Below are positions 56,639 to 64,000 of a stretch of DNA of 64,000 bases, piece by piece; the first letter of the stretch is position 1, and the number at the start of each line of letters is the position of its first letter. The DNA comes from Bacillota bacterium (GTDB taxonomy: Bacteria; Bacillota_I; Bacilli_A; RFN20; CAG-826): the NCBI GenBank assembly GCA_023393065.1, contig JAEWMX010000015.1:16221-80220 (forward strand). The letters run 5' to 3'. The notes under the pieces were generated by a model. The model had not been told where the DNA came from, searched no databases, and saw only the letters and a program-made list of their open reading frames with translations. The position numbers were made by a program, and so were the translations under genes.

Positions 56639-57697
56639 ATGAATCGCCGCGATAAAATACTCAAATTAATTGTCGATCACTTCATCAAGACGGCCCAACC
56701 CGTCGGAAGTCAAACCCTGCTTGATGAATATCATTTAGACTATTCTTCGGCGACCATTCGCAATGAGATGAACGCTCTTGAAATCGATGGCTTCATCGAA
56801 AAGACTCACACTTCTAGCGGACGCGTTCCTTCAAGCAAAGGATATCGCTATTATGTCGATAATCTTCGCGAGGCTTCCATCGACGAAGAAATCAAACATC
56901 GCATCCAGACGGTTTTAGATCACAAGGTCCAATCGGCCGAAGAAGTTATTAAAGAATCCTGCGAGATTTTATCTCATATGACCAATCTCGTCAGCGTCGT
57001 TCTCGGGCCGAACGCCCAGGAAGAAAAGCTGGTCAATCTACAAATTATTCCCATCGGGGATCGTTCGGCGACCGCCGTCTTTGTCACCGATACCGGTTAT
57101 GTTGAAAACAAAACCTTTAATGTCGGGGAGAAAATTAAGCTCGAAGACGTCCAATCATGCGTCAAACTGCTCAATGATCGCCTCGCCGGCACGCCGATCT
57201 CGGAGCTGGTCGGCAAAATGCAGGCCATCAAACCCTTAATCAGCGATTTAATCGTCGGTCACGACATTTTATATCAAGCGATGCTCGAGACCTTCCTGCG
57301 CTTTGCATCTGATCGTCTCAGCATGTACGGCCGCGATCACCTGCTCGATCAACCGGAATATTCAAAGGATATTAACAAGCTGAAAAAAATAATGCAGATG
57401 CTCAATTCGCCGGATATGCTTCGCGACATCGCTGAGCAAGGCGAGAAGCCGATGAATATTCGCATCGGCCAAGACGATAACGAACTCGAAGACGTCGCCG
57501 TCGTCTCGGCAAAAGTCAAAGTCCCCGGTCAAAAAGAAGGCAGCATCGCCATCGTCGGCCCGCGGCGCATGGACTACGAGAAAGTAATTAACTATCTCGA
57601 ATACGTCGTCAAATCGATCGAAGAGCACTTCGAAGAGCACGAAAAAGAAGAAATATCAACAGTCAAGGAGGAAGACGAAAAGTGGAAAAAGAATTAA
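56639..57697 (+). CDS. hrcA: heat-inducible transcription repressor HrcA
   Basis: MNRRDKILKLIVDHFIKTAQPVGSQTLL (winged-helix N-terminus typical of HrcA). ATG 56639 preceded by AAGGAAA. First gene of the dnaK operon. Confidence 0.93.
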   Translation: MNRRDKILKLIVDHFIKTAQPVGSQTLLDEYHLDYSSATIRNEMNALEIDGFIEKTHTSSGRVPSSKGYRYYVDNLREASIDEEIKHRIQTVLDHKVQSAEEVIKESCEILSHMTNLVSVVLGPNAQEEKLVNLQIIPIGDRSATAVFVTDTGYVENKTFNVGEKIKLEDVQSCVKLLNDRLAGTPISELVGKMQAIKPLISDLIVGHDILYQAMLETFLRFASDRLSMYGRDHLLDQPEYSKDINKLKKIMQMLNSPDMLRDIAEQGEKPMNIRIGQDDNELEDVAVVSAKVKVPGQKEGSIAIVGPRRMDYEKVINYLEYVVKSIEEHFEEHEKEEISTVKEEDEKWKKN

Positions 57698-58308
57698 AAC
57701 CAGAAAACAAGAAAGAAATGCCAAGCGAAGAGGAAGGCAAAGAAAAGGAGCGGCGTTCATTTCGCCACAAGTTAGAAGTTAAAGATGCCGAAATCGAAAA
57801 ATGGAAAGCCGACGCCAATCATTGGAAAAATGAATACTATCGCGGTTATGCGGATACGCAAAACCTCAGAAAAGCTCTCGAACGCGAGCTGAGCGAAGGC
57901 CTCAAATACCGCGCCGAAGGATTCGTCGCCGAACTCCTTCCCATTCTCGATGGCTTCTACTTCGCATTAGCGACAGAACCGGCGAATCCGGAAATCAAAA
58001 ACTATCTGGTCGGTTTCCAATACATCTATCAGAATTTGCTCGCCGTCTTAGATAAAGAAGGCGTCAAAGAAATCGCCCCGAAAGAAGGAGATGCCTTCGA
58101 TGTTCGCACCATGCATGCCGTGGAAGCCGAAGAGCGAGACGGTCAGCCCAATCTCGTCGTTCGCGTGCTTAACAAAGGCTACAAATTAAAAGATCGCCTC
58201 ATCCGTCCAGCAAATGTCATCGTCAGCAAGGCAAAAGCCAAAGCTGCTGAAATCAATAAAGAAGACGGAGCCACAATTACGGAAGATAGCGCCAAGAAAG
58301 ACGCTTAA
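57682..58308 (+). CDS. grpE: nucleotide exchange factor GrpE
   Basis: Coiled-coil N-terminus, YRAEGFVAELLPILDGF and PNLVVRVLNKGYKLKDRLIRPANV motifs. GTG start 10 nt after AAGGAGG; overlaps the hrcA end. Confidence 0.92.
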   Translation: MEKELKPENKKEMPSEEEGKEKERRSFRHKLEVKDAEIEKWKADANHWKNEYYRGYADTQNLRKALERELSEGLKYRAEGFVAELLPILDGFYFALATEPANPEIKNYLVGFQYIYQNLLAVLDKEGVKEIAPKEGDAFDVRTMHAVEAEERDGQPNLVVRVLNKGYKLKDRLIRPANVIVSKAKAKAAEINKEDGATITEDSAKKDA

Positions 58309-58314
58309 ATATAG

Positions 58315-60165
<1,851 letters not shown>

Positions 60166-60185
60166 TTAATCGACTACATTCACGA

Positions 60186-60210
60186 GCGTGGGGGCTAAAT
60201 GCCCCTTCGC
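60186..60210 (+). terminator. hairpin / partial terminator between dnaK and dnaJ
   Basis: GGGGC-TAAAT-GCCCC (60191-60205), followed by TTCGCTTTG. Poor U-tract, so probably an attenuating or processing hairpin. Confidence 0.35.
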
Positions 60211-60230
60211 TTTGCTAGTAAAGGAGACTT

Positions 60231-61367
60231 ATGGCTACGAAACGCGACTACTACGAAGTACTCGGTCTCAGCAAGAGCGCGAGTAAAGATGAAATCAAAT
60301 CCGCCTATCGTCGCTTGGCTAAAAAATATCATCCCGACATCAACAAAGAAGCGGGGGCCGAAGCCAAGTTTAAGGAAGTCCAAGAAGCTTACGATATCCT
60401 CTATGACGATAATAAGCGGGCGACATATGACCAATTTGGTCATGCCGCTTTTGAGCAAGGCACTTCGAGTGGCGGTAATCCCTTCTCCGGAGCTGGTTTC
60501 TCCGGGGCGGGTTTCGGCGACATCAATCTCGGCGATATCTTCAACTCGTTCATGGGTGGTGGGACGCGGCAGCGCGTCGATCCCAACGCTCCGCGGCGCG
60601 GCGATGACAACTTGATGCGAATTCGCATCGACTTCATGGACGCGATCAATGGTCGCAAATACTCAATCCCGATCACTTATGACGAGACGTGTTCAACATG
60701 CGGCGGAAGCGGCGCGCAAAGCGCAAAAGACATCCACACTTGTTCAAACTGTCACGGCAAAGGCTATGTCCGCACGCAACAGCGCACTCTATTTGGCATC
60801 ATGGAAGGCCAGACGACTTGTCAAGTATGCGGTGGAAGCGGCAAGATTATCGACAACAAATGCTCAACTTGCGGTGGCAAAGGATATAACCACGTCAAGC
60901 GCGATATCGACGTCAATGTTCCCGCCGGCATCAACTCCGGACAGCAAATTCGTGTTCAAGGGCGAGGGGGAAGAGGCCATAATGGCGGTCCTAACGGCGA
61001 TCTATTCATCGAAATCAATGTCAATCCCCACCCACATTTCAAGCGCGATGGGAATAATATTCACATCACCATTCCCGTCAGTTTCGTCGACGCGGCTTTA
61101 GGAACGAATATCGAAGTGCCAACCGTCTATGGCGATGTCGAAGTCAAAATCCCGGCCGGAACGCAACCCGATAACATCTTGAAGTTAAAAGGCAAAGGCA
61201 TCAAAGATATGCGAAGCGGAACGCCGGGCGACGAATTCATTCATCTCGATATCAAGACGCCGAAAAATCTCAGCCGAAAACAAAAGGAGCTATTGGAAAA
61301 CTATCGCTCGTTTGAAGCCGATGGCGAAAATGTCTTTCAGAAATTCCGCAAGAGTTTTCGAAAATAG
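60231..61367 (+). CDS. dnaJ: molecular chaperone DnaJ
   Basis: J domain (DYYEVLGLSKSASKDEIKSAYRRLAKKYHPD), G/F region, four CxxCxGxG zinc-finger repeats. Confidence 0.97.
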   Translation: MATKRDYYEVLGLSKSASKDEIKSAYRRLAKKYHPDINKEAGAEAKFKEVQEAYDILYDDNKRATYDQFGHAAFEQGTSSGGNPFSGAGFSGAGFGDINLGDIFNSFMGGGTRQRVDPNAPRRGDDNLMRIRIDFMDAINGRKYSIPITYDETCSTCGGSGAQSAKDIHTCSNCHGKGYVRTQQRTLFGIMEGQTTCQVCGGSGKIIDNKCSTCGGKGYNHVKRDIDVNVPAGINSGQQIRVQGRGGRGHNGGPNGDLFIEINVNPHPHFKRDGNNIHITIPVSFVDAALGTNIEVPTVYGDVEVKIPAGTQPDNILKLKGKGIKDMRSGTPGDEFIHLDIKTPKNLSRKQKELLENYRSFEADGENVFQKFRKSFRK

Positions 61368-61386
61368 TAATTAGTATCGATAAACA

Positions 61387-61411
61387 AGAGGCTCAAATGA
61401 GTCTCTTTTTC
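61387..61411 (+). terminator. intrinsic terminator after dnaJ
   Basis: AGAGGCTC-AAAT-GAGTCTCT (one G-U) followed by TTTTC. Confidence 0.65.
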
Positions 61412-61463
61412 ATAGAAAATATCTTTTGTTATGCTAATATATTGATGATTGTGAGGTAATTTA

Positions 61464-61922
61464 ATGAACAAATACATGAGAATGGCCATCAGCGAAGCCC
61501 GCAAAGGCATCCGCAGTGGTCACGGCGGACCGTTTGGCAGCGTCATCGTCAAAGACGGCGTCGTGGTCGCCAAAGGCCACAACCAAGTCATAAAAAATCA
61601 AGATCCGACTTGCCATGGCGAGATGATGGCAATTCACAAAGCGTGCAAGAAGCTTGGAACCTTTGATTTAAACGGCTGCGAGCTCTACACGACGGCCGAA
61701 CCGTGCCCGATGTGTTTAGGTGCTATTCTATGGGCCAATATTTCCAAGGTCTACTTCGGCTGCAACATCGTCGATACCGAGAAGATCGGCTTTCGCGACA
61801 AAGTTTTTTACGAAATAAACGAATCCGGTAAAAAAGATGAGATCGTCATCGAGCTCGATCGCAAACAATGTTTAAAATTATTCGAAGAATACCAAAACAT
61901 CCAAGACAAGCAACATTATTGA
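61464..61922 (+). CDS. CDA-fold nucleobase deaminase, guanine deaminase (GuaD)-like
   Basis: 152 aa. Zinc motifs HGEMMAI and PCPMCLGAI. Overall resemblance to the short Bacillus-type guanine deaminase. Followed by a nucleobase permease. Confidence 0.75.
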   Translation: MNKYMRMAISEARKGIRSGHGGPFGSVIVKDGVVVAKGHNQVIKNQDPTCHGEMMAIHKACKKLGTFDLNGCELYTTAEPCPMCLGAILWANISKVYFGCNIVDTEKIGFRDKVFYEINESGKKDEIVIELDRKQCLKLFEEYQNIQDKQHY

Positions 61923-61923
61923 T

Positions 61924-63354
61924 ATGAAGAGATTATTTGCCTCGATTTCGGCGATGTTTACAAATCCCAAAACCGAACATCTTTACAGTGTAAACGGGCG
62001 CGTGCCGCTACTTAAAGCCATTCCTTTTGGCTTGCAGCATGTCCTTTCGATGTTTGTCGCCAACATCACCCCCGTCATCATCGTCTTTGGCCTTTTTGGC
62101 GATCCTGAATTGACCGCTCAAGCTGTGCGAGGCGCCATATTTATGGCGGGAATAGGGACTATTATTCAAGTTTTGGTCGGTTCCAAACTCCCGGTTGTCG
62201 TCGGCACTTCTTTCACCTTTGTCAGCGCCTTGGTCGCCATCGGAAATCCCGGCTCGATTTTCGGCGCCTTAATCGTCGGAGGACTCGTCATCCTCGTCCT
62301 TGGCATCTTTGCCAAATATTGGCGAAGATGGATTAAGCCAGTCGTCCCTGCCGCCGTCGTCTTGGCCATAGGCTTATCGCTTTTGTCAGTTGGAAGCGCC
62401 CAATTTTTTGGCGGATCCAATTATTTGTCACAAGTTATAAGCGGCACGGCCAGCAATAGCCTTTTATGGCAGTACGCTCTCGTCGCTTTCATTACTCTCG
62501 CGACCGCGGTGGCCTGGAATATCTTTGTTAAAGGCGTCTGGAAAAACCTCGCCATTTTGGTGGCGATGGCCGTCGGTTACATCGTCGCTTTGTTCTTTCC
62601 GGGCATGATTAACTTAAGTCTGATCGGCAGCGGTGGCATCATCGCCCTTCCGCGATTCATCGATTTTTCCTCAATCCGCTTTGAGCTGGTGCCGATTCTC
62701 ATCGTCACGATTTCCTACATCGCCTCTTCTGTCGAATGCATCGGCGATACGACGACCTTAGCTCGCATGGGCTTGGGCCGCGACCCGAATGACCGCGAGA
62801 TATCAGGCGCCATCACCACGGATGCCGCCAACAGCGTTGTCGGCGCCCTGTTCGGCTCAATGCCGTTGACGACCTTCTCACAAAATGTCGGCATCGTCGC
62901 CCAGACCAAAGTCGTCAATCGCTACACGATATTTATCGGCGCTCTCTTTTTGGTGATTGCCAGTTTATTTCCGCCGATCGCGAATCTCCTCATCACGATT
63001 CCGGAGCCGGTCCTCGGCGGGTGCATGCTCATTCTCTTCGGCTCAATCGCCGTCATCGGCATGCAAATGGTCGCCGAAATCGGATTCGACGCGAAGACGA
63101 TTCTCGTGTTATCAATCTCTTTATCCCTCGGGTTCGGCATCACTCTCGTCAGCGATTTCTACACGGTGCTCAACACTTTCGGGCTCGAGTATTTGTCGGT
63201 TATCTTCGCCAGCCCCATCCTTAACATGTTTGTCATCTCTATGCTCCTTAGCTACATCATTCCCGAAAAGAAGAAAAAAATTGCCTGTGTTCCTCTACAA
63301 GAAACGCCAGAAGCAACCAGCGCCGAGCAATCAAATTTACCAACCGATAAATAA
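61924..63354 (+). CDS. NCS2-family nucleobase (xanthine/uracil-type) permease
   Basis: 476 aa, about 12-14 TM helices. N-terminal LLKAIPFGLQHVLSMFVANITP is typical of xanthine/uracil permeases. Starts 2 nt after the deaminase gene. Confidence 0.88.
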   Translation: MKRLFASISAMFTNPKTEHLYSVNGRVPLLKAIPFGLQHVLSMFVANITPVIIVFGLFGDPELTAQAVRGAIFMAGIGTIIQVLVGSKLPVVVGTSFTFVSALVAIGNPGSIFGALIVGGLVILVLGIFAKYWRRWIKPVVPAAVVLAIGLSLLSVGSAQFFGGSNYLSQVISGTASNSLLWQYALVAFITLATAVAWNIFVKGVWKNLAILVAMAVGYIVALFFPGMINLSLIGSGGIIALPRFIDFSSIRFELVPILIVTISYIASSVECIGDTTTLARMGLGRDPNDREISGAITTDAANSVVGALFGSMPLTTFSQNVGIVAQTKVVNRYTIFIGALFLVIASLFPPIANLLITIPEPVLGGCMLILFGSIAVIGMQMVAEIGFDAKTILVLSISLSLGFGITLVSDFYTVLNTFGLEYLSVIFASPILNMFVISMLLSYIIPEKKKKIACVPLQETPEATSAEQSNLPTDK

Positions 63355-63369
63355 TTTCTTCGAGCGATT

Positions 63370-63403
63370 AAAGCAATTTCTCATGTAGAGATTGCTTTTC
63401 TTT
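63370..63403 (+). terminator. intrinsic terminator after the permease gene
   Basis: AAAGCAATTTC (63370-63380) / GAGATTGCTTT (63388-63398), 11 bp incl. one G-U, 7-nt loop, followed by TCTTT. Confidence 0.7.
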
Positions 63404-63429
63404 TAGCACTCTCGCTTGACAAGTGCTAA
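63403..63429 (+). promoter_or_regulatory. CIRCE operator upstream of clpB
   Basis: TTAGCACTC-TCGCTTGAC-AAGTGCTAA (one mismatch to consensus, 9-nt spacer). Confidence 0.9.
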
Positions 63430-63443
63430 ATATATATTATAAT
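63416..63443 (+). promoter_or_regulatory. sigma-A promoter of clpB, -35 embedded in the CIRCE spacer
   Basis: TTGACA (63416-63421), 16-nt spacer, TATAAT (63438-63443). Confidence 0.65.
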
Positions 63444-63482
63444 ATTAATGCTTAATAATTTATTATTAAAGGAGTTGATAAT

Positions 63483-64000
63483 ATGGAAGGACCAATTGAT
63501 TACAGCAAAGATCCAGAGGTGTTGCAGAAGTTCGGGCGACTAATTACCAAAGACGCCCGCGAAGGAAAAATCGATCCCGTCATCGGCCGCGATGAAGAGA
63601 TTCGCAAAATTATTCAAATCCTCTCTCGCAAAACGAAAAATAACGTCATTATGCTCGGAGAGCCCGGCGTCGGCAAGACCGCCATTTTAGAAGGCCTTGC
63701 TCAGCGAATCGTCAAAGCCGATGTTCCCACCTCATTAAAAGATAAGGACGTCTATGAACTTGACATGGGGGCCTTGGTGGCGGGCGCTAAATATCGCGGC
63801 GAATTTGAAGAGCGCCTCAAAGCCGTTTTAAACAAAATTAAGGAAGCTGAAGGAAAAATCATCCTTTTCATCGATGAAATTCACCTGATCGTCGGTGCCG
63901 GTCGCGCCGATGGCGCTCTCGATGCTTCGAACATGCTCAAGCCGATGTTGGCCCGCGGCGAAATCGATTGTATCGGGGCCACGACTTTAAATGAATATCG
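63483..64000 (+). CDS. clpB: ATP-dependent chaperone ClpB, 5' partial (runs off the window), lacking the canonical N-terminal domain
   Basis: ATG 63483 after [59 protein letters not shown] (NBD1 Walker A) begins about 25 residues from the start. Walker B ILFIDEIH. Confidence 0.93.
   Translation, partial: MEGPIDYSKDPEVLQKFGRLITKDAREGKIDPVIGRDEEIRKIIQILSRKTKNNVIMLGEPGVGKTAILEGLAQRIVKADVPTSLKDKDVYELDMGALVAGAKYRGEFEERLKAVLNKIKEAEGKIILFIDEIHLIVGAGRADGALDASNMLKPMLARGEIDCIGATTLNEY

Noticed and set aside
61368-61463. Possible purine riboswitch upstream of the guanine deaminase-like / nucleobase permease pair.
   Set aside because: The intergenic region is only 96 nt and is largely occupied by the dnaJ terminator and promoter-like AT-rich sequence. 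There is no room for, and no match to, a purine aptamer plus expression platform.

Overview
A 64 kb chromosomal segment dominated by housekeeping genes, from a low-GC Gram-positive (Bacillota) lineage. It has a Mollicutes/Erysipelotrichia-like flavour: CIRCE operators on both hrcA and clpB, a ClpB without its N-domain, and DegV/PlsC lipid-scavenging genes. TGA is used as a stop codon, so the genetic code is standard. I support about 62 CDS and see no rRNA, tRNA, CRISPR array, transposase or integrase.

Conserved blocks, in order:
- rimP-nusA-ylxR-ylxQ-infB-rbfA, then a three-gene insertion, then truB-ribF-rpsO-pnp
- a glycerol-3-phosphate dehydrogenase-like three-gene module
- yfcE-like gene, rnj, ftsK, acpS, pullulanase
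- plsC, rsmF-like gene, pdp, dtd, mnmA
- a PF04392-type (putative Trp/Tyr) ABC importer, divergent from a T-box-controlled alaS-ruvX-DUF1292
- greA; comEA-comEC-holA with convergent rpsT
- cysK-cysE plus an adenylation-carrier didomain gene; fmt; a nuclease-helicase fusion
- lepA, then an insertion, then hemW, an RDD gene, hrcA-grpE-dnaK-dnaJ
- guanine deaminase-like gene plus NCS2 permease; 5' end of clpB

The most interesting signal is non-coding. Upstream of the ABC importer, on the minus strand (about 36248-36503), a 30-codon leader ORF carries six consecutive Tyr codons. It is followed by four mutually exclusive helices that end in an intrinsic terminator. This looks like a ribosome-mediated, tyrosine-sensing transcription attenuator in front of an uptake system, which to my knowledge has not been described.

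Secondary points of interest:
- a TtcA-like PP-loop/GNAT fusion
- a RecB-like nuclease fused to an XPD/DinG-type Fe-S helicase
- an orphan A-PCP didomain linked to cysEK
- a Fic-like protein with a degenerate active-site motif
- a minimal SSB-like OB-fold protein
- CIRCE operators with the -35 box embedded in the spacer

All protein calls rest on motif and family recognition by eye from the supplied translations. No database search was run.
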